From positions 13,410-77,409 of the forward strand of contig JADYZM010000061.1 of the NCBI GenBank assembly GCA_020853105.1: a stretch of 64,000 nucleotides of DNA. Direction: 5' to 3'. The translations under genes and the position numbers were made by a program. This DNA is from Flavobacteriales bacterium (GTDB lineage Bacteria; Bacteroidota; Bacteroidia; Flavobacteriales_E; Vicingaceae). The notes below the pieces were generated by a model that was not told the DNA's origin, made no database searches, and saw nothing but the letters and a program-made list of their open reading frames with translations. Position 1 is the stretch's first letter. Every line of letters starts with the position of its first letter. Positions 18,373 through 29,000 of the stretch are shown here, in pieces.

Positions 18373-19800
18373 ATGTCGATAAAAAGAGGAGAAACCATAG
18401 AAGTTGAAATTACAGATGTAGCTTTTGGAGGTAATGGAATTGCAAAATTGGAAACAGAACAAGGAAATTTAGTCGTTTTTGTTCCAAATACATTTACTGG
18501 TCAGCGAGTTAAAGCCCGAATTACCAATAAACGCAAGAAACACGCTGAATGCAAGTTGGTTGAAATTATAAATAAATCGCCGTTGGAACACAAAGTACCT
18601 TACCAACCTATTTCAGGTGCACCATATATTTCTCTCCCCATAGAAGTACAAAAATCGTTTAAAATAGATTCTTGTTTAAACATTTACAAACGTATTGGAA
18701 AGGTTGAAAAAATTGAACAGATTTTTGATGAATACATTGAATCTCCTGAGTTTTACCATTACCGCAACAAAATGGAATATTCATTTAGTGCAATTGGTTA
18801 CGATTTAGAAAAAAAGGAAGAATTTGACGGCTTTGCATTGGGTTTTAAAAAACGTGGAACTTGGTGGATAGTGGAGAACTTAGAAAAAGATTCAGGTATG
18901 TTTGACGCCGAATTTGAAGACAAATTAAAATTAATTAAAAATTTCTGTATTAAAACAGGGCTTCCTGCTTGGCATCCACCAAAAAAAGAAGGTTTTTTCC
19001 GTTTTTTAATTGTTAGAAAAAGCTACCAAAACAATCAATTACTAATTAAATTAGTAACCAGCGATACAAACATTGGTTTATTCAATTTCAATGCTTTTGC
19101 AGATTATATTGTTGAGTTGTTTGGCGACAGAGTTGCTGGTGTTTTGCATACCATAAACAACGATATTGGCGACAATGCTCAATCTCGTTTAGGAAACGAA
19201 ACTATACTTTATGGTAAATCAACCATTTCAGAAAATCTGTTGGGATTGTCGTTTGATGTAAGTATGCAAAGCTTTTTTCAAACCAATCCAAAATGTGCCG
19301 AATTGTTATACCAAAAAGCAATAGCTTATGCTATGGAAAACAATGACACTATTGCTGAAGGTGTTGTAATGGACTTGTTTTGCGGAACAGGAACCATTGG
19401 TCAGTTAATTGCTGCTAAAACTAACACACGCGTTATTGGAGTTGATATTGTTGAAGAAGCCATAGAAAATGCCAAAGAAAATGCAATTAAAAACAACATT
19501 AAAAACGTGGAGTTTTTTGCTGCAGATGTCAATAAATTTTTATTTGAATATCCGCAATACAAAAACCAAATTGGCACCATCATTTTAGATCCGCCTCGTG
19601 CAGGAATTGCTCGTAAAGCATTGCTAAAAGTAATTGAATTAAATGCTAAACAAATTGTTTACGTAAGCTGTAATCCATCAACACAGGCTCGCGACATGGA
19701 AGATTTGTTTGCAGCAGGATATCAATTAAAAAAGTTAAGTTTAGTCGATCAGTTTCCTCATACAGCACACGTGGAAGCGGTTGCATTATTTGTAAAATAG
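18373..19800 (+). CDS. rlmD: 23S rRNA (uracil-C5)-methyltransferase RlmD/RumA with TRAM domain
   Basis: N-terminal TRAM, YRNKMEYSF, SFFQTN, DLFCGTGTIG, LDPPRAG, YVSCNP (catalytic Cys) and DQFPHTAHVE. Confidence 0.92.
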   Translation: MSIKRGETIEVEITDVAFGGNGIAKLETEQGNLVVFVPNTFTGQRVKARITNKRKKHAECKLVEIINKSPLEHKVPYQPISGAPYISLPIEVQKSFKIDSCLNIYKRIGKVEKIEQIFDEYIESPEFYHYRNKMEYSFSAIGYDLEKKEEFDGFALGFKKRGTWWIVENLEKDSGMFDAEFEDKLKLIKNFCIKTGLPAWHPPKKEGFFRFLIVRKSYQNNQLLIKLVTSDTNIGLFNFNAFADYIVELFGDRVAGVLHTINNDIGDNAQSRLGNETILYGKSTISENLLGLSFDVSMQSFFQTNPKCAELLYQKAIAYAMENNDTIAEGVVMDLFCGTGTIGQLIAAKTNTRVIGVDIVEEAIENAKENAIKNNIKNVEFFAADVNKFLFEYPQYKNQIGTIILDPPRAGIARKALLKVIELNAKQIVYVSCNPSTQARDMEDLFAAGYQLKKLSLVDQFPHTAHVEAVALFVK

Positions 19801-19831
19801 AAGAAACCCGAGAAATTTTCGGGCTTCTTTT
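19801..19831. terminator. Intrinsic terminator, probably bidirectional
   Basis: AAGAAACCCGAGAA/TTTTCGGGCTTCTTTT imperfect hairpin between convergent genes. Confidence 0.65.
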
Positions 19832-19853
19832 AACAATTCAGTTTTGTTTATAC

Positions 19854-21809
19854 TTACTCTTTAATCAATTTTAACACTTCTTGATTACTATCAGCAAACA
19901 CTTTTACAAAGTAAATCCCTTTGTTTAAATGGCTAATGTTCAAATTTATTTTATCTGATTTTACATTATTTAAAGTGTAAACTTCATTACTAGTAACATC
20001 TACAATTGAAATAGTACAATTGTTTTCATTTTTTAATTGTAAAGTAAATGAACCATTGGTTGGGTTAGGATATATTGATGAAAAATAATTCAATTGATTT
20101 TTATAAACACCAACAGTAGTAACATTTATACAAGCGGATGTATCAGTACAACCATTTTCTGTTATTGCTACAGCATAATTACCATTAACAGTTGCAGTAA
20201 AAATTTGAGCTGTTTCACTAGAAATAATTGCATAAGCATTATCACAGTCTAACCACTGGTAAGAAGCACCAACTACATTTGCTGAAATGGTATGATTATT
20301 TACTATTAATGAAGTATCTACTGTAATAATAGTTATATCAACAGTAAGATTAGAATCACAACCATATTGATTAACCAAAAATTGAGGATAAACTCCCGTT
20401 GAAGTATAAGTTTGACCATTTAAAGTAAAACTACTACAAGCTGTTTCTACAACCAATCCATATGAGGGTTGATTTACTGTAATAGATATTGTATCAATGT
20501 TTTTACATCCATTTGCATTATAACCTGTTACAATATAATCTGAAGTAGAAGAAGGAGTAAACGGCACATTATTGGTTACTCCATTATTCCAATTATAAGA
20601 AGTGCCATCGCCACTACCAAAAAGTGTTACAGAATTTCCGTTACAAACTTCTAAATCAGAAGCATTTGCAGAAATAACTGGAACAATTGTATTTAAAATA
20701 ATAGCATTCGAATTGGTATTTGTACCATTTGCAGTTGCAATATCTAATTTTGAATCGCCATTAAAATCTGCAATAGTAAGAGCTTGTGTTAGAAATGTAC
20801 TATTGTTAACAATAAACATATGAGAATCAAAATTTCCTAATCCGTTTCCAAGATAAACATTTACAATGCTAAAACCACTTTTCCCTGCTCCTGCCAAATC
20901 TAGGAAACCATCACCATTAAAATCGGCTGAAAAAAGTGATGAATTATAAGTATAAGTAGCAAAAACTGAAAAAGTACTAAACAATCCTGTTCCGTTTCCT
21001 TGAAATATACATGTTGTTGTTGATGCACCAGTAGCTCCATCATGACCTACAATTATATCTGCAAATCCATCATTATTGTAATCTCCACTTGTAATAGAAA
21101 TAGGATTATCTCCATTGCTTGAAAAAGTTGTTGAAATTCCAAAAGTACCATCACCATTTCCTGAGAAAATATAAACTAAATCAGAAGTTTTTTTGGTAGT
21201 AGCAATATCTAAATTATTATCTCCATTAAAATCAGCGACTGTAATTGCTGAAAAACCACCACCAGTTAATGATGAGGCTGTCACAAAAGCAGAACCTATA
21301 CTACCTAGCAAAATTGTAATACTTTGAGAAGAACTGTTAAAACTTACAACAGCTAAATCAGGATCTTCATCTTCATTAAAATCAGCCACTATAATTGATT
21401 CTGGATTTGAACCTACTGCAATTGATGTAGGGCTACCAAAACTTCCTGAGCCATTATTTATTAAAATTGATACCGTTCCATTTACATCATCGTTTGTTAC
21501 TGCTATATCAATATCACCATCAGCATCAAAATCTGCTGTAGCAATTTTATAGGAATTTGAATTTGATGAAAAAGCATTAGCCGTACCAAAGGTACCATCA
21601 CCATTTCCTAAATTTACAATTACATTTGAACCAAACGCAGATGTGATTAAATCAATATTTCCATCTCCATTTAAATCGGCACTATGAATTTCGTTTTTTC
21701 CGCTGTTAAAATGAACAGGTGGTGTAAAACAAACTTGTGCAGCTAACTGAAGTGTATTAAGTAGCAATCCAGCACCTAAAAAGCTTTTAATTAATAATCG
21801 TTTTTTCAT
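19854..21809 (-). CDS. T9SS-secreted FG-GAP/VCBS repeat beta-propeller protein
   Basis: Signal peptide, seven (A/G)D(F/L/Y)(N/D)xDxxxD repeats, Ig-like stalk, C-terminal IYPNPT...KGIYFVKV...KLIKE T9SS signal. Confidence 0.85.
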   Translation of the reverse strand: MKKRLLIKSFLGAGLLLNTLQLAAQVCFTPPVHFNSGKNEIHSADLNGDGNIDLITSAFGSNVIVNLGNGDGTFGTANAFSSNSNSYKIATADFDADGDIDIAVTNDDVNGTVSILINNGSGSFGSPTSIAVGSNPESIIVADFNEDEDPDLAVVSFNSSSQSITILLGSIGSAFVTASSLTGGGFSAITVADFNGDNNLDIATTKKTSDLVYIFSGNGDGTFGISTTFSSNGDNPISITSGDYNNDGFADIIVGHDGATGASTTTCIFQGNGTGLFSTFSVFATYTYNSSLFSADFNGDGFLDLAGAGKSGFSIVNVYLGNGLGNFDSHMFIVNNSTFLTQALTIADFNGDSKLDIATANGTNTNSNAIILNTIVPVISANASDLEVCNGNSVTLFGSGDGTSYNWNNGVTNNVPFTPSSTSDYIVTGYNANGCKNIDTISITVNQPSYGLVVETACSSFTLNGQTYTSTGVYPQFLVNQYGCDSNLTVDITIITVDTSLIVNNHTISANVVGASYQWLDCDNAYAIISSETAQIFTATVNGNYAVAITENGCTDTSACINVTTVGVYKNQLNYFSSIYPNPTNGSFTLQLKNENNCTISIVDVTSNEVYTLNNVKSDKINLNISHLNKGIYFVKVFADSNQEVLKLIKE

Positions 21810-21835
21810 AATCTTTATTTTATAGTTAGTTTTCT

Positions 21836-22501
21836 TTAATTCACATAAACCACCCCATATCGGATGGCTTTTTGTTGTTTTATAGCATTGGTTTCATTGC
21901 TAAATTTTGCTTCAATTTCATTCCAAGATTGTTTAATAAATTGGTCAACTCTAACTCTACTTCTCACAATGGTTAATTTATTGTTTTGTATTTCAGCTTC
22001 TATTTTTGTTAATTCTTGTTGTTTAACCATCAACTCTACTTTTTGCTGTTCAATTTTTTTAACAGTTGGATGAGAAATCGGCAATTTATCTATTGACACT
22101 CTTTTTTCTTCTCCTTTTATAATTTTATCGACCCAAAAATTTAATTGTTCTACATTTGATAGTTCTGGAATATTTCCCATGTTAGCCTGTAAACCATATA
22201 ATTTTCTCACCGATTTATCCATTTCACCCCTGTCAATCGAAAAATTCAATACCTGGAAATAATGAGAAACATATAATCTCAATTTGATTGTAAGAACACT
22301 TTTAGTTGTATTAATATCTTTCTTCTGCTCTGCTAAACTCGCTCTTTTATCCAATAGACTTCCAAATTCATTAAACAAGCCAATCATATCATTTTCTTTT
22401 ATCAACAAAATATCAAATTCATCTTTACCAATCATGGTCAACATTCTTTCCAATGCCAAATACCTCGCTCTATCTGTAGTTGGTAATCTTCTGTATCCCA
22501 T
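21836..22501 (-). CDS. Conserved Bacteroidota hypothetical protein
   Basis: YRRLPxTD N-terminus, RLYVSHYFQVLN and WNEIE motifs recalled from a Bacteroidota family of unknown function. Confidence 0.65.
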   Translation of the reverse strand: MGYRRLPTTDRARYLALERMLTMIGKDEFDILLIKENDMIGLFNEFGSLLDKRASLAEQKKDINTTKSVLTIKLRLYVSHYFQVLNFSIDRGEMDKSVRKLYGLQANMGNIPELSNVEQLNFWVDKIIKGEEKRVSIDKLPISHPTVKKIEQQKVELMVKQQELTKIEAEIQNNKLTIVRSRVRVDQFIKQSWNEIEAKFSNETNAIKQQKAIRYGVVYVN

Positions 22502-22689
22502 ATATTGTGCTAATAAATAAAAAAATTAACAAGCTTGTTACGAATAGCTTTTGTTTAATCAATTTCAATTGTTATTCGGCAACGAACAGCTCTAATTCTA
22601 TTCAAAACAACCCTTTATTCGGGGTTAAAAAAATAATGTTTTTGCAGATGGTTTAATTAGTTTTGTGGGTGAACTGTATTTTTTTGTAA

Positions 22690-24654
22690 ATGGATTTTAG
22701 AAATTTTATTACTTGCTTTTTTCTCTTTTTGTTCTCACTTTTTAGCTTAGATTCAATAGGAAACGAGGAACAAATGAGAATTGAACAACTGGCTAATCTG
22801 ATATCAACCCAACAACACGACAGCACAAGAGCTGCTGCATATATTGAATTATCAACCATTCTATACACTTCAGATTTAGACACACTTCTTTATTTGAGTA
22901 AAAAAGCAAGTGAAATAACAGAACAAAATTTAAATACGAATTTAAGTAAACTCGAAAGAGAAACATTTATAAAACTTAACTCTGAAGCATTGGCCAACAT
23001 TGGATTTTATTACCAAACTATTGGTGATTATTCAACTGCAAGAAGTTATTACCTAAAATGTTTAAAACTGGATAGAGAAATTAAAAACCTAAGAGGACTT
23101 TCATCTACTTTTAATAACATGGGTATGCTTTTTACCTACAAAGGGAACATCAAAAAAGCATTAAAATATTACCTTATCAGTTTAAAAATTGATGAGTTTC
23201 TACAAGACGATGAAACCATTGGTACTTCATTAAACAACATTGCTTACACATACGAACAGCTAGGCGACATTTCAAATGCGTTGATGTACTATCAAAAAGC
23301 TCAACAATATTTTCAAAAGCAAAATGATGAAAACAGCGAGGCCGCAGTTTTTATTAACATAGGTTCAATTTACCGAAAACAAGGAAAAACAGCTCAATCA
23401 TTAAACTATTTCAAGCAAAGTTTAGATAATTACACAAAGCTTTCCAATGAATTAGGTATGGCTTCTGCCCTATTAAATATTGGCGTGGCTTATTTCGATT
23501 TAAAACAATTCGACTCATCATTGGTTTATATTGAAAATAGCTTGAAATATTATAAAAAAAACAATCGAGTAAGTGGAATTACAATTGCACTGGTTAATCT
23601 TGGAAAAATACATCTAGAAAACCACGCTTTCGATAAAGCTATTTGGGTTGGAGAAGAAGCTCTCCTATTAGCAAAAGAAAATGGAAACTTGTATAACATT
23701 CAAAATTCGGCACAGCTTTTAAGTAAAGCATACCAACAAAAAGATCGATATAAAGATGCTTTGCAGATGCATCAATTGTATATCAATTCTCGCGACAGTA
23801 TAGAAAACAATGAAACTCAACGCTCAACCATTCAACAACAGTTGGCTTATGATTATGAAAAAAAAGAGCTTTTATCACGAGCCGAAAACGACAAGAAATT
23901 AGCCATAGCTCAAAGCGAAAAACAAAAGCAAAAGGCAATTATTCTAATTGTTTCAATAGGTTTAATTCTTGCTTTAATTCTTGGATTGTTTGCATTAAAC
24001 AGGTGGAGAATAACCCAAAAACAAAAAATCTTGATTGAAGAAAAAAACAATAAAATTAACCTGCTACTCGGAGAAATTCACCATCGGGTAAAAAACAACC
24101 TTCAAGTGGTCTCTAGTTTATTGAGTTTGCAAGAGCGTAACATCAAAGATGAAACAGCAAAAACTGCCATTTCGGAAGGAAAAGAACGTGTTAAATCAAT
24201 AGGATTAATACACAAAATGCTGTATCAAAACGACAATTATACTTGTATTGAAATGAACTCTTTTGTTCACGAACTTGCAAATGGATTAATAAGCACTTTT
24301 GACTTAAACAAAGTTCTGTTGAAAGTTAATATTGAAAACATTAAAATTGATGTCGACACCGCTATTCCCCTTGGGTTAATTTTAAATGAGTTGATAATGA
24401 ATTCATTGAAATATGCTTTTTATGAAATTGATAAACCCAATTTAAACATCAAACTTTTTGAAAAAAACAAACAAATGGTGTTAGAATTTTCCGACAATGG
24501 GAAAGGCAAAGCCGAAGATTTAAAAAATTCAACCCATTCGTTTGGAATGAAATTAATTCATTCGTTAACTCGTCAGTTAAATGGTAACTTGTCAATAATC
24601 AACGCTGATGGATTGAAGATAACGATTACTTTTGCATCATACAAATTGGTTTAA
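22690..24654 (+). CDS. TPR-repeat sensor histidine kinase (HisKA_2)
   Basis: Signal peptide, tandem TPR helices (NNMGML, NNIAY, INIGSI), one TM, EIHHRVKNNLQ, NELIMNSLKYAF and DNGKG. Confidence 0.9.
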   Translation: MDFRNFITCFFLFLFSLFSLDSIGNEEQMRIEQLANLISTQQHDSTRAAAYIELSTILYTSDLDTLLYLSKKASEITEQNLNTNLSKLERETFIKLNSEALANIGFYYQTIGDYSTARSYYLKCLKLDREIKNLRGLSSTFNNMGMLFTYKGNIKKALKYYLISLKIDEFLQDDETIGTSLNNIAYTYEQLGDISNALMYYQKAQQYFQKQNDENSEAAVFINIGSIYRKQGKTAQSLNYFKQSLDNYTKLSNELGMASALLNIGVAYFDLKQFDSSLVYIENSLKYYKKNNRVSGITIALVNLGKIHLENHAFDKAIWVGEEALLLAKENGNLYNIQNSAQLLSKAYQQKDRYKDALQMHQLYINSRDSIENNETQRSTIQQQLAYDYEKKELLSRAENDKKLAIAQSEKQKQKAIILIVSIGLILALILGLFALNRWRITQKQKILIEEKNNKINLLLGEIHHRVKNNLQVVSSLLSLQERNIKDETAKTAISEGKERVKSIGLIHKMLYQNDNYTCIEMNSFVHELANGLISTFDLNKVLLKVNIENIKIDVDTAIPLGLILNELIMNSLKYAFYEIDKPNLNIKLFEKNKQMVLEFSDNGKGKAEDLKNSTHSFGMKLIHSLTRQLNGNLSIINADGLKITITFASYKLV

Positions 24655-24658
24655 AATC

Positions 24659-25369
24659 ATGATAAAGGTTTTAATTGTTGAAGATGAAATGTTGGTTGCT
24701 GAAGAGTTGGCTTTAGACCTCGAAGAAAATGAATTTGAAGTAACTGCAATTGCCATTTCTTCGGAAGAATGCATGGATTCTATTTCTAAAAATAAACCTC
24801 ATGTAATTTTAATGGACATTAACATTAAAGGACAAAAAGACGGAATTGAAACAGCAAAAATTATTAACGAAAACCACCGAATACCTATCATTTATCTAAC
24901 AGCAAACACTGATACTGCAACTATTCAACGAGCAATAGAAACCACGCCAAGTGCTTTTATTTCAAAACCATTCAACAAAAAAGATGTTATTATAGCGTTA
25001 GAATTAGCCTTTAACAGCTACAATGAAAGCCTTTTAAAACAAAAAATCTTATTAACCGAAGACAATTTTTTTGTAAAGTCAGGAAAATACTATACAAAAA
25101 TTAAACTTTCTGAAATTGATTATCTAGAAGCTAATGGAAGTTATACCGAAATTTTTACTCCTACAAAACACTATACACTTTCAACAAATTTGAATCATTT
25201 TCAAGAAAGTTTAAATCATCCTGTTTTTGTACGAATTCACCGCTCATACATTATAAATATTAAAAAAGTTGAAGCCTTTGATAACAATACAGTGGTAATA
25301 AGTGGAAAAACGTTGCCAATCAGTAAATCTTACCAAAAATCAGTTTTTAGCTTTTTTAATAAACTATAA
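24659..25369 (+). CDS. LytTR-family response regulator
   Basis: Start reassigned to ATG 24659 (MIKVLIVEDE). Receiver with MDI, YLTA and KPF; LytTR C-terminus FVRIHRSYIIN. Confidence 0.9.
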   Translation: MIKVLIVEDEMLVAEELALDLEENEFEVTAIAISSEECMDSISKNKPHVILMDINIKGQKDGIETAKIINENHRIPIIYLTANTDTATIQRAIETTPSAFISKPFNKKDVIIALELAFNSYNESLLKQKILLTEDNFFVKSGKYYTKIKLSEIDYLEANGSYTEIFTPTKHYTLSTNLNHFQESLNHPVFVRIHRSYIINIKKVEAFDNNTVVISGKTLPISKSYQKSVFSFFNKL

Positions 25370-25379
25370 TATTATTATT

Positions 25380-25940
25380 ATGCAAAACGAAATCAATAAA
25401 TGTATTGAAGTTTTAAAATCAGGAGGAATCATACTTTACCCAACCGATACGGTTTGGGGAATTGGTTGCGATGCCACCAATGAAGAAGCTGTAAAGAAAA
25501 TTTACGAACTCAAACAACGTGAAGATAGCAAAAGCATGATTGTTCTTGTCAGCAGCGATGCTATGCTTCAAAAATACGTTGTTGATGTTCCTCCTCTAGC
25601 ATGGGACATCATTGATTTAGCAACAAAACCAACTACTATTATTTACCCTAAAGCCAGGTTGATTGCAAAAAATGCTGTTGCCATTGATGGAAGTGTCGGA
25701 ATTCGAATGGTTAAAAATAATTTTGCCCACCATTTGATACAAAAATTTAACAAACCTATAATTTCTACCTCTGCAAATATCAGTGGAAAATCAACACCTC
25801 TAACTTTTCAAAACATTGATAAAAGCATTACCACCCAAGTTCTTCATGTTGTAAATCAGTTATTTGACAATGGAAATCACAACCCATCTTCTATTATTTC
25901 GCTGAATTTAAAAGGCGAAATCAAAGTGTTAAGAAAATAG
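25380..25940 (+). CDS. tsaC: L-threonylcarbamoyl-AMP synthase (Sua5/YrdC/TsaC)
   Basis: Start reassigned to ATG 25380. YPTDTVWGIGCDA, KIYELKQR and PIISTSANISG. Confidence 0.9.
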   Translation: MQNEINKCIEVLKSGGIILYPTDTVWGIGCDATNEEAVKKIYELKQREDSKSMIVLVSSDAMLQKYVVDVPPLAWDIIDLATKPTTIIYPKARLIAKNAVAIDGSVGIRMVKNNFAHHLIQKFNKPIISTSANISGKSTPLTFQNIDKSITTQVLHVVNQLFDNGNHNPSSIISLNLKGEIKVLRK

Positions 25941-26063
25941 TTATATCATTCAAATTCGTTTGAATCTTAACACCGGCTTTACCTGTGTAATTATTTATGT
26001 TTTTTTAACAACCTTTTTGTTATTTTATTCTTATTATTGTTGGTTATTCTTTGAAATTAATTC

Positions 26064-26078
26064 AAAAAAAAAAAAAAA
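26064..26078 (+). repeat. Homopolymer A15 tract upstream of a giant T9SS gene
   Basis: 15 consecutive A, 19 bp before the probable ATG at 26098. Confidence 0.85.
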
Positions 26079-26097
26079 CGAATATTTTAACAATTTG

Positions 26098-29000
26098 ATG
26101 AAAATTTTAAAACTATTTACGCTTATTGCGATTCAACTGTCAGTAATCAATCCGCTAAAAAGTCAGTGCTATTTTACAACAACAGGAGATACAACTTCAA
26201 TAAAAACCTGTAAATATACTTTGGAAAATGTTGTTTGGAAAAACCATGTCGGAACAGCATCAACACTCAACAACATAACAAAACCAGCCGGTATTGCAAG
26301 CTGGGATTCAGACGCAGTTTCGGAAAACAAAGTGTATAACAATGGCTTTGTTCAAACGATTATTGCTGAAAACAATTCCGACAGAATGATTGGACTGAAC
26401 ACGGTGAACTCAAACACTTCTTATACTGATTTGGAGTATGCCTTTTTTCTTACATGGAATGGTACTTTTCAAATCTATGAAAGTGGTTCTGGCAGAGGCA
26501 CATGGGGTTATTATCAAACCGGAGATACTTTACGGATTTCAGTAATGAACAGTACTGTATTTTATATTCAAAACAACCATATCGTTTATACCAGTACTGT
26601 TACACCGTCACTACCCATGTTTGTAGATATTTCCATGAATACTGTTGGCAGTACTTTAAAAAGTGTGGTTGTTGGTAACGGAACAGACTCTATCTACAAC
26701 GCTTATGAAGCAAATCCGGGTGTTCCGCCAACCTATCAGTGGAAGTTGAATGGTGGAAATGTGGGGGCAAACATTCCAACATACACAAACAACTTAACCG
26801 ATGGCGATTCTCTAGAATGTGTATTAACGCCTGGTATAGGTGGTTGTTCTTTAACACCAGTAACTTCAAACACCATTCATATCAAATCATTACCTATTGA
26901 TTTTGACATCAATTTTTTTATTGAAAATGATTCTATTCTGAACGGAAGTTGTAAATACTTAAGCGAACGAATCCGTTGGGAAAGCATATCATCTGATTAT
27001 TTAAACGGCTCTAATAATGTGAGTAAAAATTCCGGAATTGGAGCATGGAATGTAGGAGGATTTTCACACAATAGGGTTGAAGACGGAGGGTTTCTGCAAT
27101 TTATTGCATCAGAAACAACCACAAGCAGAATGATAGGTTTAAATGCAGTAAACACTAATGTAAGCTATACAGATATTGACTACGCGTTTTATTTACAAGG
27201 TGCAGGCGTTTATGGGGTATATGAAAATGGTTCATCAAAAGGAAATTGGGGATCTTATTCAACAGGCGACACAATGCAAATTGCAGTAGTAGGAAATGAA
27301 GTTAGATATGTTCAAAATGGAAATGTGGTTTATACCAGCACAATTGCCCCTACTCTACCCTTATATGTTGATTTTAGTATCAATTCCATTGGAGCTACCA
27401 TTCAGAATATTTCAGTTTCTAATCCTACTTATGGAAGGTTTAAAGCTCGCACTTATGGTATGGCAAATGTAAACTACCAATGGAAACTCAACGGTGGTAA
27501 CGTGGGGACGAATAGTACCACCTACACAAACACTTCTCTTTCTACTAATGATGTAATAACTTGTGATTTTTATATTTCTCAAAGTACTGAATGCGGTGGC
27601 GACACCACATTTACATCGAATTCAATTACTGTGCTTGACCAAACACCTAAAAAGAATTTAATTTTTTCTATTCGAAATGATTCAATAGTCAATTCTTCCT
27701 GTAAATATGCTTTTGAGGAAGTTTCATGGCAAAGCATTTCAGGATTAACACAAAGTGGCTCAAATAATTTAGTGAAAACATCTGGAACAAATTCATGGAC
27801 GACAGGAGCTTTCTCATACAATATGGTTAAAGAAGGCGGTTATATGATGACAATAGCCGATGAAACAAATAAATTTAGAATGATTGGGTTAAGCTCATCA
27901 AATACAAACATGAGCTACAACGATATTGATTATGCTATATACATGCAAAACGGTGGAATTATAAATATTTATGAAAACGGAATAAACAGAGGGAATTGGG
28001 GCTCATTTTCAACAGGTGATACGCTAAAAATTGCTGTTGTAGGTAACGAAGTGAGATATATACAAAACAGTAATGTAATTTATACAAGTTTAGTAGCTCC
28101 AACACTCCCTCTTTTTGTGGATTTAAGCATAAATTCTGTTGGAGGAACTTTAAAGAATATTTATGTAAATAATACCACTTATGGAAAGTATTCTGCCTTT
28201 GTATCAGGAGCATCTTCCGTTAAATATCAATGGAAATTAAATGGAGCCAATGTGGGAACTGACAGTCCAACATACACAAATACAGGAATTGCAAATGGCG
28301 ACTCCATTTCTTGTGAACTCACGCTGACAAATACATTGGGTTGTTCTTCTGATACGGTCGCTTACTCAAACAAAATTTTCATCAACGAGCAGGATTTAAC
28401 CAGTTCCGTTATATTCTCTATTCGAAACGATTCTATTATTGATAACTCTTGTTTATTTGCAAATGAACAAGTTTCTTGGCAAAGCATTTCCGGGTTAACA
28501 TTAAACGGCACAAACAATGTAACCAAAACTTCAGGTGTTTGGGGTTGGTGGGATGTCGGCGGTTTTTCATACAACAAAGTAGATGAAGGTGGTTTTATGC
28601 AAACCATAGCTTTTGAAACTACTACCGACCGAATGATTGGGTTAAATGCTGTGAATACAAATGTTAACTATACCGAGATTGATTATACTTTTTATCTGCA
28701 AGCAGGAAACGCGTTGAGTATTTTCGAAAACGGAGTATTCAGAGGAAACTACGGCACATATTCAACAGGTGATACTCTCAGAATAGCTGTTATCAACAAT
28801 CAAGTTTTATACATACACAATGGAAATGTTATATACACAAGTGCAGTAGCACCAAGTTTACCATTGTATGTAGATATGAGTTTAGCTACAACAGGAGCAA
28901 CACTTAAGGATATTACTGTTTACAACGGATTATACGGTAAATTCACTGCGTATGTAAACGGAGCATCAAGTGTGAGTTATCAGTGGAAACTGAACGGTGG

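Noticed and set aside
25960-26097. Upstream extensions of the ORF-track calls (also 24632, 25302, 42260 and 53782 starts)
   Set aside because: Downstream ATGs give proper signal peptides or family N-termini; the extensions are low-complexity intergenic read-through.
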